Positions 48,674 to 57,664 of a DNA stretch of 64,000 nucleotides are shown one piece after another; the first letter of the stretch is position 1; every line of letters begins with the position of its first letter. Source of the DNA: Ignavibacteriae bacterium HGW-Ignavibacteriae-4 (GTDB lineage Bacteria; Bacteroidota; Ignavibacteria; Kapaibacteriales; UBA2268); assembly GCA_002839765.1 (NCBI GenBank), contig PGYR01000003.1, positions 43,388 to 107,387 on the forward strand, in the 5' to 3' direction. The notes beneath the pieces are model-generated. The model did no database searches. It was not told where the DNA came from and saw nothing but the letters and a program-made list of their open reading frames with translations. The translations under genes and the position numbers were made by a program.

Positions 48674-48763
48674 TCCCGTTGGAGGTGCTGACCAAATAGT
48701 TTGGTCGGCTGAGATAAAACTCCTTGCACCTGATCAGGTTAGTACCTGCGTAGGAAAACGGTG
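48674..48763 (+). promoter_or_regulatory. TPP (THI-box) riboswitch
   Basis: CCGTTGGAGGTGCTGACC...GGTCGGCTGAGATAAAACTCCTTGCACCTGATCAGGTTAGTACCTGCGTAGGAAAACGG. It shows the conserved GGTGC, CTGAGA, ACCTGATC and GCGTAGGAA blocks and P1 pairing CCGTT/AACGG. It lies about 95 nt upstream of a TonB-dependent receptor. Confidence 0.9.
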
Positions 48764-48857
48764 GAATATACCCACGTTTACAATCTACTAAGCATTTTGC
48801 TCATCAGGGCTCTGACGGATTTAATTAATTTATTAATAAATCTTTGTAGGGCTAATT

Positions 48858-51221
48858 ATGTTAAAAAAGCTAATTTTACTTGGCTTCGTCTGTACCGTTT
48901 TCAACCTTAGGGCGGACGATAAAGACACCATCAGAACGTATCAAGCACCGTCTATCACGGTGACTTCGACTAAGGCAAAGGAAAGGCAGTCGCCAGTTCC
49001 TTTCTCCGAAATAACCGAGGCAGATATTAAGAAGACCACTTCAAATATCGATTTGCCGAATCTTCTACAATCTATGCCGTCTATTTATACTTTCACAGAA
49101 AATGGAAATGGTATTGGCTATACTAATCTGCGGTTGCGTGGATTCGATCAAAGACGTATTTCTGTACTAGTGAATGGAATTCCACAAAACGACCCAGAAG
49201 ACCACAATGTTTATTTCATCAATCTATCTGATTTGCAAGAGAGTTTGGGAGAGGTACAAGTACAGCGTGGTGCTGGGCTAGCTAACTACGGAGCGGCAGC
49301 CATAGCTGGGAGCATTAACCTAACTACTACAGCATTCATCAACAATCCGGGTATTCGACTTTACGCTGGGAATGGGTTCCAAGAGTTCAGCGGCAGCGAT
49401 ATAATCAAGACTAATACGAACAAATTAAAGTTAGAGTATTCTTCAGGTTTGGTGAATGAGAAATATGCTTTCTACGGGAAAATGAGCCAAATAAACTCCG
49501 AAGGATATAGAGACCAATCTTTTGCATATCTCAATAGCTACTTTCTAACAGCTATTAGGTTTGACGAGAAACTAAAAACTCAGGTTAATATCTATGGAAG
49601 TTCACAAAGAGACGGGCTATCTTATATAGGTTTACCAAAGGATTACATTACTGACCCAGTTAAGCGTAGAGAGAACTACAGCTATTGGGAACACGGAAAA
49701 GATGGACGAGAATTCGCATGGGGTGCTACTACTAGAGCTCAAGAAATAGAAGAATTTAGCTCGCCACATATAGAGTTACTAAACGATTGGTACATAACTG
49801 ATAATCTGACTTTCAAATCATCTCTCTACTATTTCGAGGGTAACGGATACTTCGATTATTCTGGTACTGATTATACTGACTCATCGAGCTATGGATTTGA
49901 TAAGGTTTACCCTGGTGCTACTAGTCCAGGCAATCCGTTAATAAGAGCGTGGGTAGGCAATAAACAAGGTGGATGGATTCCTCGTATAGTTTGGGAGACA
50001 GAGGGTAACGTACTGACAACTGGTGCCGAGATTCGTATTCATCAATCTGACCATTGGGGCAAATTACAGTTTGCCGAGAATCTACCAGAGGGATATGACC
50101 CAGATTACAAATTCTACGAATATGATGGTTTTAGAGATATATTCTCAGCATTCGCTCGTAACCAATATCAAATAAATGAAGATTTGATGGTAAGTGGTGA
50201 AACGCAACTAGTATATCACTCATATCGCATCGCTAATGACAAATTCGCTGGTATAGTTAACCCATACACCAATACGGAAGGAGTAGCTACTACGGGCAGT
50301 AATAACCTATTCAACGTCGAGTATTTATTCTTGAACCCGAGAGTGGGTATTAACTGGAATTACAGTCCTGAGCAAAACGTATATCTTTCGGCAGCATATA
50401 CACAAAGAGAGCCGCGAATGAAGAACCTATATAATGCTAGTGAGGCATGGTCAGGTGCTAAACCACAGTTCAGAAGAGTACCAATCGGCAATGAAGCTTT
50501 CGGGTATGATTTCTCTAGTCCTTTTGTAAAGCCAGAGAAGATGTTGAACATAGAAACTGGATGGAATTATATCTCAGAGACTTATAATTTATCAGGGAAT
50601 ATCTATGTGATGGATTTGCGTGATGAGTTAGTAAAAAGCGGTCAGTTAGACCAGTTCGGTGCACCAATAGATGGAAATGCAGAGCAGACTTTGCACTATG
50701 GAATAGAACTCGAAGCTGGTGTAAAAGCATTTGACAATAGCAATGGACGATTGGATTTATATGCTAACGGAACTTTCAGCCAGAATAAAATCGTAACTTA
50801 TAATTTCGCATTGAAAGACGGAACAACAATCGCTTTAGACGGTAACAGAATAGCGGGTTTCCCTGATATAATGAGTGCTTTCACTCTAAACTATAAGATA
50901 AGTGAATTTAATTTCCTGCTATCAGCTAACTATGTTGGTAGTTTTGCAACTGATAATTTTGGTGATTTACTAACTACTAACGCAAGTGTAAAAACTAATC
51001 TTGGTGGTGGCTACTATGCAGACAATAAGGTAGATTCTTACTACTTTATGAATGCAAATCTATCATACAACTTTCGTGATTTTATGGGTACACAGGGGAT
51101 AAGAGTTCATTTACAGATTAATAACTTGACGAATAATCTATATGCAGCAGCTGGCGAAGGTGGTCAGTTCTTCGGTGGTGCAGAGCGTAACTTCTTCATA
51201 GGAGCGGAGCTTTCGTTCTAA
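48858..51221 (+). CDS. TonB-dependent outer-membrane receptor (probable thiamine/thiamine-precursor uptake)
   Basis: 787 aa. Signal peptide, plug domain (NLRLRGFDQRRISVLVNGIPQNDPEDH) and a C-terminal beta-barrel ending in F. The substrate is inferred from the upstream TPP riboswitch. Confidence 0.85.
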   Translation: MLKKLILLGFVCTVFNLRADDKDTIRTYQAPSITVTSTKAKERQSPVPFSEITEADIKKTTSNIDLPNLLQSMPSIYTFTENGNGIGYTNLRLRGFDQRRISVLVNGIPQNDPEDHNVYFINLSDLQESLGEVQVQRGAGLANYGAAAIAGSINLTTTAFINNPGIRLYAGNGFQEFSGSDIIKTNTNKLKLEYSSGLVNEKYAFYGKMSQINSEGYRDQSFAYLNSYFLTAIRFDEKLKTQVNIYGSSQRDGLSYIGLPKDYITDPVKRRENYSYWEHGKDGREFAWGATTRAQEIEEFSSPHIELLNDWYITDNLTFKSSLYYFEGNGYFDYSGTDYTDSSSYGFDKVYPGATSPGNPLIRAWVGNKQGGWIPRIVWETEGNVLTTGAEIRIHQSDHWGKLQFAENLPEGYDPDYKFYEYDGFRDIFSAFARNQYQINEDLMVSGETQLVYHSYRIANDKFAGIVNPYTNTEGVATTGSNNLFNVEYLFLNPRVGINWNYSPEQNVYLSAAYTQREPRMKNLYNASEAWSGAKPQFRRVPIGNEAFGYDFSSPFVKPEKMLNIETGWNYISETYNLSGNIYVMDLRDELVKSGQLDQFGAPIDGNAEQTLHYGIELEAGVKAFDNSNGRLDLYANGTFSQNKIVTYNFALKDGTTIALDGNRIAGFPDIMSAFTLNYKISEFNFLLSANYVGSFATDNFGDLLTTNASVKTNLGGGYYADNKVDSYYFMNANLSYNFRDFMGTQGIRVHLQINNLTNNLYAAAGEGGQFFGGAERNFFIGAELSF

Positions 51222-51260
51222 GGATTATTGGACGAATGTGATAGTATTTAGTTAATTAGT

Positions 51261-51297
51261 AACGGCTTACTCTTAATTGGCTGAGCCGTTTTGTTTT
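51261..51297 (+). terminator. hairpin + T-tract after the TonB receptor
   Basis: AACGGCT-(16 nt)-AGCCGTT followed by TTGTTTT. Confidence 0.5.
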
Positions 51298-51364
51298 GAT
51301 ATAACCAACTTATTTATTAAATTTGGTATCATTCTTCCTATATCAATAGCAAAGGCGGTTATTT

Positions 51365-51943
51365 ATGAAGTACATATTGATAATAGCAATACTCACAATG
51401 AGTGCCTTTGCTAAGCCATACTTTAGGATGACCGATTTTAAATATGAAGTGAAGTATGTAAATACCGAAGGACCAGAATCCATAGAATTACATAGTGTTG
51501 CTAATCGATTTGATAAAGAAGACTCAATCCAATGGGTCTTTAAAGAATATAAGATTACATATTTAGACCAAGTTTACTGCATACAAGATTCGAATATGGT
51601 TATGGTCACTTCGCCTAAAAGAGGTGTATTCGCTGCCGCTGAAAATGTACCCAATCCTCAAATTAATTATCCTCCGACAATTGGCGATTCTATATATGTT
51701 GAGCAAACATTATCTAATAGTAAAACTATGAAGGGTTATCTGAAAATTACAGATACTTTAAAGCATGGGAAAAACACAAATAATAATGACGTTTGGAAAA
51801 TTGAGGCGTATAATCTAGATGACGATAAGTACTCAGCTATATACTATTACAACGAGATAAATGGCTTTGTTTATCTAAATTATAAGTTAAATGACAAAGA
51901 AATAGAAATGGATTTATCGACAATCATTTATCATGAATTTTAA
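51365..51943 (+). CDS. secreted hypothetical protein, tandem paralog 1
   Basis: 192 aa with signal peptide MKYILIIAILTMSAFA. Shares FRMTDFKYEVKY, VMVTSPKRGVFAA, PNPQI.YPPTIGDSIYVEQ, KTMKGYLK and KYSA.YYY with paralogs 2 and 3. Confidence 0.75.
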   Translation: MKYILIIAILTMSAFAKPYFRMTDFKYEVKYVNTEGPESIELHSVANRFDKEDSIQWVFKEYKITYLDQVYCIQDSNMVMVTSPKRGVFAAAENVPNPQINYPPTIGDSIYVEQTLSNSKTMKGYLKITDTLKHGKNTNNNDVWKIEAYNLDDDKYSAIYYYNEINGFVYLNYKLNDKEIEMDLSTIIYHEF

Positions 51944-51966
51944 GTGATTTGAGGAGTGAAAGGATA

Positions 51967-52587
51967 ATGAAATACATTCTAATAGTAGCACTACTAACTA
52001 TGAGTACCTTTGCTAAGCCATACTTTAGGATGACCGATTTTAAATATGAAGTGAAGTACACCAATGCCCAAGGCTACGAAACCATCGAACTGCATAGTGT
52101 TGAGAATAGAAGGGCTGATAAAATGGACTCTGTTCAGTGGGTATTCAAAGAATATAAAATCACATATTTAGACCAGGCATATTGCATACAAGATTCAAGT
52201 TTGGTGATGGTGACTTCGCCCAAAAGAGGGGTATTCGCAGCAACTGAATATGTACCCAATCCTCAAATCAAATATCCACCGACTATTGGCGATTCGATAT
52301 ATGTAGAACAGCCAACTTCTAACGGTAAAACGATGAGGGGCTATCTTAAAGTAAGGGGCAAGATTCAACACGGAAACGATACGAAAGAAGCTGATAAATG
52401 GGTAATAGAAGCATATAATATTGATAACAAAAAATACAGTGCTGTATATTATTATTCTATGAAAATCGGATTTGTTTATTTGGATTACAAACTTGATGAT
52501 ATAGGAATAGTAATGAATCTAACAACATATTTATATTCAATTCATGTTAATGAGATGGATTGGTTTCCAGAGGCTTTTGTGGAGTGA
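51967..52587 (+). CDS. secreted hypothetical protein, tandem paralog 2
   Basis: Starts at MKYILIVALLTMSTFA (ATG at 51967, preceded by AGGAGTGAAAGGA). Colinear with paralog 1. Confidence 0.75.
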   Translation: MKYILIVALLTMSTFAKPYFRMTDFKYEVKYTNAQGYETIELHSVENRRADKMDSVQWVFKEYKITYLDQAYCIQDSSLVMVTSPKRGVFAATEYVPNPQIKYPPTIGDSIYVEQPTSNGKTMRGYLKVRGKIQHGNDTKEADKWVIEAYNIDNKKYSAVYYYSMKIGFVYLDYKLDDIGIVMNLTTYLYSIHVNEMDWFPEAFVE

Positions 52588-52594
52588 AGCAATT

Positions 52595-53218
52595 ATGAAA
52601 TATATAATATTAATTATTTTAGCAGCTATTGGTTGCAACGCAAACCCTTATTTCAACTCTAATGATTTTCAATTTGAGATAAAATATACTAATGCAAATG
52701 GTGCTGCAAGGATTGAGTTACATAGTTCTGAAAATAGATGCACAAATAATCTAGATTCTATTGACTGGGTTTATTTCGAGCATAATCTTATTTTCTACCA
52801 ACCAAGATATTGTGTCCAAGACTCAGCAGGGGTTATGGTAACATCGCCTAATAGAGGGGTATTCGCTGAGACAGAAAATATACCAAACCCACAGGTAAAA
52901 TTCCCAATAACTATTGGTGATTCTATATATGTAGAGCAATCACTGTCAAATGGCAAAACGATGAAGGGTTATCTTAAAGTAATAGAGGAGCTAGAATATG
53001 GTAGATACCTTAATGAAATCACATACGCTTGGAAAATAGAAGCATATAATCTAAATGATGAAAAATACTCTGCTGTATATTATTATAATGAGAGAAATGG
53101 CTTCGTTTTTTTCAGCTATAAATTAGATGATGTAGGAATTGAAATGAAGAATGATCTTATTTCAGTAAGACATTGTACTGATAAAAATGGAGTGCGAATT
53201 AAGGAGACTAGAGAATAA
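52595..53218 (+). CDS. hypothetical lipoprotein, tandem paralog 3
   Basis: Starts at MKYIILIILAAIGCNA (ATG at 52595). It has a lipobox Cys that paralogs 1 and 2 lack, and the same conserved blocks. Confidence 0.75.
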   Translation: MKYIILIILAAIGCNANPYFNSNDFQFEIKYTNANGAARIELHSSENRCTNNLDSIDWVYFEHNLIFYQPRYCVQDSAGVMVTSPNRGVFAETENIPNPQVKFPITIGDSIYVEQSLSNGKTMKGYLKVIEELEYGRYLNEITYAWKIEAYNLNDEKYSAVYYYNERNGFVFFSYKLDDVGIEMKNDLISVRHCTDKNGVRIKETRE

Positions 53219-53235
53219 TTACCGTTCTCAAATAT

Positions 53236-53961
53236 CTACATAAACTTACGTTTTGTTTTTATTAATCTAAAGCGAATATCATCATAAAACAGACTAATTA
53301 GTAAAGTAACAGCTGCAAATATCAAAACGTTGAATTTTAAATCAAAAGTAGAGTACAGAATACCTGCCACAATACCACCAAGAAAGAAAAAGGAAATTAT
53401 ATATAAACGGAGTTTTATCGTTCGTTTGATTTTAACTTTATCGGGATGGGTTTCGGGGAAAAACAATTGTGAAAGCTCTATTCCTAAATCTGTAAAAAGA
53501 CCCGTAAGGTGAGTCGTTCTCACTACTGCTTTTGATATTTTGCTAACGAATGAGTTCTGCACCCCCATAGCAAATAGCAAGACACAAGCAATTAAGTCTG
53601 GGTAATTCAACTCAAGAAAATCACTAGCAATAGCGATAGTCAATAGCAAAACTATTTCAATAAGAGTAGGAAGTACATATACATTAAGTTTCTTATTAGC
53701 TCTATACTTTTCAATAAGAAAGCTGGAAGTAAATGAGCCAAATAGAAATGAGAAAATATATAGGAAGTATATAGTCCCTTTCCAAAATTCAAAATTAGCA
53801 ACATCATTTATAAAAAGTGCAAAATGCCCTGTTACATTAGTAGTAAGTTGTTTTATTGCTAAAAAGCCAGTTACATTGACCATTCCAGCAACAAAAGAAA
53901 GGACTGTAGCTATTTGCAGATTATGCTCAAAGGTTCTGCTTTTACCTTGATGTCTAAACAT
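53236..53961 (-). CDS. YoaK-like (DUF1275) membrane protein
   Basis: 241 aa, polytopic. The TTNVTGH and RTTHLTGLFTDLG motifs are typical of DUF1275. Confidence 0.75.
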   Translation of the reverse strand: MFRHQGKSRTFEHNLQIATVLSFVAGMVNVTGFLAIKQLTTNVTGHFALFINDVANFEFWKGTIYFLYIFSFLFGSFTSSFLIEKYRANKKLNVYVLPTLIEIVLLLTIAIASDFLELNYPDLIACVLLFAMGVQNSFVSKISKAVVRTTHLTGLFTDLGIELSQLFFPETHPDKVKIKRTIKLRLYIISFFFLGGIVAGILYSTFDLKFNVLIFAAVTLLISLFYDDIRFRLIKTKRKFM

Positions 53962-54081
53962 TAGGTGTACATTTTATTTAATTTTAGAAAAGATTAAAGC
54001 GATAATGCAAATTTACGGACAATATTTAACAAAGGAGAAAGCAAGGTCATTTTCTCTAAACTTTGAACTTGTAAGAAATCC

Positions 54082-54630
54082 TTACAAGTTCATATACTCA
54101 TCTTTTGTCATGCGATAGTGTAGGCTATCTCTGTATTCGCCTTTGAAAAAATACTCTTGTTTGAGATTTCCCTCTAGTATCATACCATTTTTTTCAAGCA
54201 CTTTGCCAGATACATCGTTTCCATCAAAACAAGTTGCAAAGATTTTATTAAGTTTCACTTCTTCGAATCCAAATTTGAGTATAGCTGCAACCGCTTCTGT
54301 AGCTATTCCTTTTCCCCAATATGGCTCAGCAATCCAGTAACCAATTTCGGCTTTATTGTGCTCAGTTTCCAATCTCATACCTATCTCCCCTATTAGCTCA
54401 TTCTCGTCATTCTGGGTGATGGTGAAGATAAACCTATTCTTATTCTTGAATCCTTCGAGTACTGTATTCATACGAGCAATAGCATCTTCTTCTAAGTAAG
54501 GAAAGGGATACCCGAAGACTTTGTCAGACACATTTTTGTTACTTGCGTACTTCATTAGATTAGGCAAATCCGTGAGTTCCATTCTCCTGAGTATCAATCG
54601 TTCTGTAATTAAGGTTGGGTGTTGGGTCAT
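54082..54630 (-). CDS. GNAT-family N-acetyltransferase (RimJ/RimL-like)
   Basis: 182 aa. The TERLILRR start, WGKGIATEA (Q/RxxGxG/A-like acetyl-CoA loop) and overall pattern fit RimJ-type GNATs. Confidence 0.8.
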   Translation of the reverse strand: MTQHPTLITERLILRRMELTDLPNLMKYASNKNVSDKVFGYPFPYLEEDAIARMNTVLEGFKNKNRFIFTITQNDENELIGEIGMRLETEHNKAEIGYWIAEPYWGKGIATEAVAAILKFGFEEVKLNKIFATCFDGNDVSGKVLEKNGMILEGNLKQEYFFKGEYRDSLHYRMTKDEYMNL

Positions 54631-54643
54631 GGTTTTATTGCCA

Positions 54644-54961
54644 TTATTTCTTCTTTAAATAAAGATAATTTTCTGTCTTATAAGCAATATAGTAAATAGA
54701 AAATAAAATTTTCCATTCAGCAGCATTTGAACCTAAAATGAATTCTTGAGTCTCATTCTTTCTAATATCTATTTTCAATGGTTTGGTTTTACACCAATCA
54801 ATTTTAACATAAATTTCGTTTATACCAGCATCAAGTTCAAAGTTTTTAGTTTCACCTTCGGCTAAAGAATCAACTTCTTTTTTATTGATAAAAATACTAA
54901 TCGACCTTAGTTTATTAGCAAATTGCTTAGTCCTGGTAATTTTAATGTTTCCTTTTTCCAT
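54644..54961 (-). CDS. hypothetical small protein
   Basis: 105 aa with one C-terminal hydrophobic segment. Tightly packed in the minus-strand string. Confidence 0.5.
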   Translation of the reverse strand: MEKGNIKITRTKQFANKLRSISIFINKKEVDSLAEGETKNFELDAGINEIYVKIDWCKTKPLKIDIRKNETQEFILGSNAAEWKILFSIYYIAYKTENYLYLKKK

Positions 54962-54964
54962 GTC

Positions 54965-55351
54965 TTACACTTCTTCTTCGATAAAATCAATATAACATAA
55001 ATCACAAATCATTTCACCCTCATGAGTATAACAAATATCACCATTTCTAACACCACTAAAACAAATATCGCAATGTTCATGAGTCCAGCCATTCTTTATA
55101 ATGTCAAATTTGGTTTTGTTATATACTTGACCATAAAATAAGTGGGTAATTCCGCCTTCTTTATCAATTAAGGCATCTTTTGAAGTCCATATTTCTTTTG
55201 TCCAATTAAATTGTTTGAACCATGGAATATCCTCCATGATTTTAGCAGAATTAAATTCTCTCTTTGTTTTTGTTATTATTGAATCTGATTTCATAATCTT
55301 TCTTTTGAACTCTTTCCATAATGGAAATAGTTGGTTTTTTATACAATCCAT
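54965..55351 (-). CDS. hypothetical protein with C-terminal Cys/His cluster
   Basis: 128 aa. HEHCDIC...CYTHEGEMICDLCY suggests a zinc-ribbon-like site. Confidence 0.5.
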   Translation of the reverse strand: MDCIKNQLFPLWKEFKRKIMKSDSIITKTKREFNSAKIMEDIPWFKQFNWTKEIWTSKDALIDKEGGITHLFYGQVYNKTKFDIIKNGWTHEHCDICFSGVRNGDICYTHEGEMICDLCYIDFIEEEV

Positions 55352-55357
55352 GTTCGC

Positions 55358-55888
55358 TTAGTGCATACAGCCAAAATCAACTTTCCCTTCAAAAATAAAA
55401 GCATTTTTAGAATATTGTTTGATTTTTCTCAACATACTTTCAGATGTTAGTTTGTCGCTACTTATCATAACTACTAATGCTATTGTTTTGGCTTCTAATC
55501 TCAAGTTTGCTTCTTTGTAATAATCTAAATACTCTAAACTGATATAATCACTTGAGTACCTCCTTGGGAAATAATCTCCTGCATATATTTCGTCCTCATC
55601 ATCTTCAGGCAAGCAAATTAAGTCTTTATCACTATCGTATGTTCTGCCTAAGGTATCAATTTTCAAATTAAACTTCGAGCTAATTTTACGCATTAGTTTG
55701 TTGAGCTCAGTGTAATTATATGATGTATCAGCTACAACTATATATACTTTTTGAAGAGTTGATATATTATCATACTGTTCATTTTCTTTTGAATTTAGAG
55801 AACTAAACTGTATAATAAATCCAATAATAAATACTAGTATTTTCATTACTTCTACTACGATTGTTATATATATATTTTTTTCTTTCAT
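55358..55888 (-). CDS. hypothetical secreted/membrane-anchored protein
   Basis: 176 aa with an N-terminal hydrophobic segment and no recognisable motif. Confidence 0.5.
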   Translation of the reverse strand: MKEKNIYITIVVEVMKILVFIIGFIIQFSSLNSKENEQYDNISTLQKVYIVVADTSYNYTELNKLMRKISSKFNLKIDTLGRTYDSDKDLICLPEDDEDEIYAGDYFPRRYSSDYISLEYLDYYKEANLRLEAKTIALVVMISSDKLTSESMLRKIKQYSKNAFIFEGKVDFGCMH

Positions 55889-55918
55889 TGGAGTAATTTA
55901 ATAATTTATAATGAATCA

Positions 55919-56557
55919 CTATGGTAAATATGGCTGTTCATTTTCTTTATCAAAGTATCTGTGTTTTATTACTCTATATTGTTTTTCTGTTAATAGCAAG
56001 ACTGCTAAATCATTATCGTCATAAAGTAAATAAAATTTTTCTTTAATTCCTTCAATTAGCATTAACTCGTTAACCTTCTTAAAAAAGTTTCTTGCTCCTG
56101 AATCCCAAAAAGTATCCTTTTCCATCTCTTCTTTCGTATATAACTTAATCTTCTCGTCATTTATAAAAATGTCATTTGAATTCTCATAATCTTCAGCAGT
56201 TCTAACATTCAAATCGAAATTTCGTTTTGCTAGAATTTTCTGCAATTTTGGCAGAAAGAAATCAAAACCAAATTCAGCAAGTTCCTCCGCATCAATTTGT
56301 ACTATTCTATGATTTTCCTCTTCATAAATATTAAAAGAGTTTATCAATTTTGATCTTAATTCATCCAAATTAAAAGAATCTGCAAAATCTAAAAATCCAT
56401 TATCTATTAATTGTGTTCCAAGTTTTTTATTTAGTTTTTCTATTTTTCTTCCCCACTTTTCATAAATGAAGTTAGTAAGAAAAATTAAAATCCCAATAAT
56501 TAATCCTAAGAAAATATAATATTCCATTTTATTCTCTGATTTTTTCATTTCTGCCAA
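55919..56557 (-). CDS. hypothetical membrane-anchored protein
   Basis: 212 aa with one N-terminal TM helix (YYIFLGLIIGILIFLTNFI) and an acidic soluble domain. Confidence 0.5.
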   Translation of the reverse strand: MAEMKKSENKMEYYIFLGLIIGILIFLTNFIYEKWGRKIEKLNKKLGTQLIDNGFLDFADSFNLDELRSKLINSFNIYEEENHRIVQIDAEELAEFGFDFFLPKLQKILAKRNFDLNVRTAEDYENSNDIFINDEKIKLYTKEEMEKDTFWDSGARNFFKKVNELMLIEGIKEKFYLLYDDNDLAVLLLTEKQYRVIKHRYFDKENEQPYLP

Positions 56558-56581
56558 TATAATATATAAGCCTCCACCCCC

Positions 56582-57664
56582 CTACTTATCGTATGGGCGA
56601 CCCTTAATTTTTATTATAGTGTAGCCGTCTTGCAAGGTTGATAGTTCACGAAGGTCTTCTTCGTTAGTTACTATTTCTACGTTGGCATCTATAGCATCTT
56701 TGGAGCCAGCTATTTTTATATTATTCGGGAATATTATTCGCTTGTTGAATAGCTTAGATTTTATCAGGCTACTATCTTTCTCGATTACCGCCGGTAGATA
56801 TTCCGCTATATCATCCTTATACTCTTGGTTTAGTACTTCGTCGTGTATGTATGTATCTGCAAAAGTACGAGGAGAAATATCATTCTCCCCTGTATTTTGA
56901 GTAAATTCATAGTCCAATAGATTGAGCATATCTGTTTTATTATTCAACTCCAATACATTATCCAAGATGAATTTCTCCGTCTCATTGTAGAATCTACGAG
57001 ATTGTATTTTCGGGTTCATCTCAGTAGTGAATCCGAGGAAATCACGATAGAAATACTCTGCAAGAGATGACTCTGGACGGAATTGCTGATCGAATATGAA
57101 CGCTCCCCATAAATTATTCGGGAATTCAAACTCAGTGAAATCCTCTTTTTGTGGCTCATTGTACTCGAAAAGAACACCGAATTTAAAGAATTTTTTTGAT
57201 GGACTTAGGAACACATCTTCTATTAGATTAATTTCATTGTTTTTGAATGACATCGCGTCGTGCATTTCTGCTTTTATCGCTACTATTACTTTCTTATCAG
57301 TACGGTCGGTCTTTCCTTGCACTACTATCAGATAGCCGCCGGGGATAGCGCCACTTTTCATAGACTCAGCCATTAGCTGTGCCATTTTACCTGTGTATTC
57401 CATAAATCTCTGCTCATTGCTATCGTGCAAATCCTTAGCGTAACCGAAAAAGCCAGACTCTGAGCTGTCTTCCACTGCCAATTGGAAGTATTTGGAAGAC
57501 GATGCTGCATCGTACAATCTATCTTGTATAGTCTGTACAGTTTGTGGTGATACTTCTACCAAATGGTCAGCGACCAATGTGTTACCCGAATCTGTATCTT
57601 TAGTTTTTGGGATTATTTTATGTACTACTATTCTATCAAAATTTACATCAAAAAAGTTAATCAT
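56582..57664 (-). CDS. nucleoid-associated protein, NdpA/YejK-like (tentative)
   Basis: 360 aa. The N-terminal pattern (F...I.RIVVHKI), the mid-region IPGGYLIVV and FLGF resemble the 37-kDa nucleoid-associated protein family. Assigned from memory of that family only. The start overlaps the upstream GT9 gene by 8 nt. Confidence 0.5.
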   Translation of the reverse strand: MINFFDVNFDRIVVHKIIPKTKDTDSGNTLVADHLVEVSPQTVQTIQDRLYDAASSSKYFQLAVEDSSESGFFGYAKDLHDSNEQRFMEYTGKMAQLMAESMKSGAIPGGYLIVVQGKTDRTDKKVIVAIKAEMHDAMSFKNNEINLIEDVFLSPSKKFFKFGVLFEYNEPQKEDFTEFEFPNNLWGAFIFDQQFRPESSLAEYFYRDFLGFTTEMNPKIQSRRFYNETEKFILDNVLELNNKTDMLNLLDYEFTQNTGENDISPRTFADTYIHDEVLNQEYKDDIAEYLPAVIEKDSSLIKSKLFNKRIIFPNNIKIAGSKDAIDANVEIVTNEEDLRELSTLQDGYTIIKIKGRPYDK

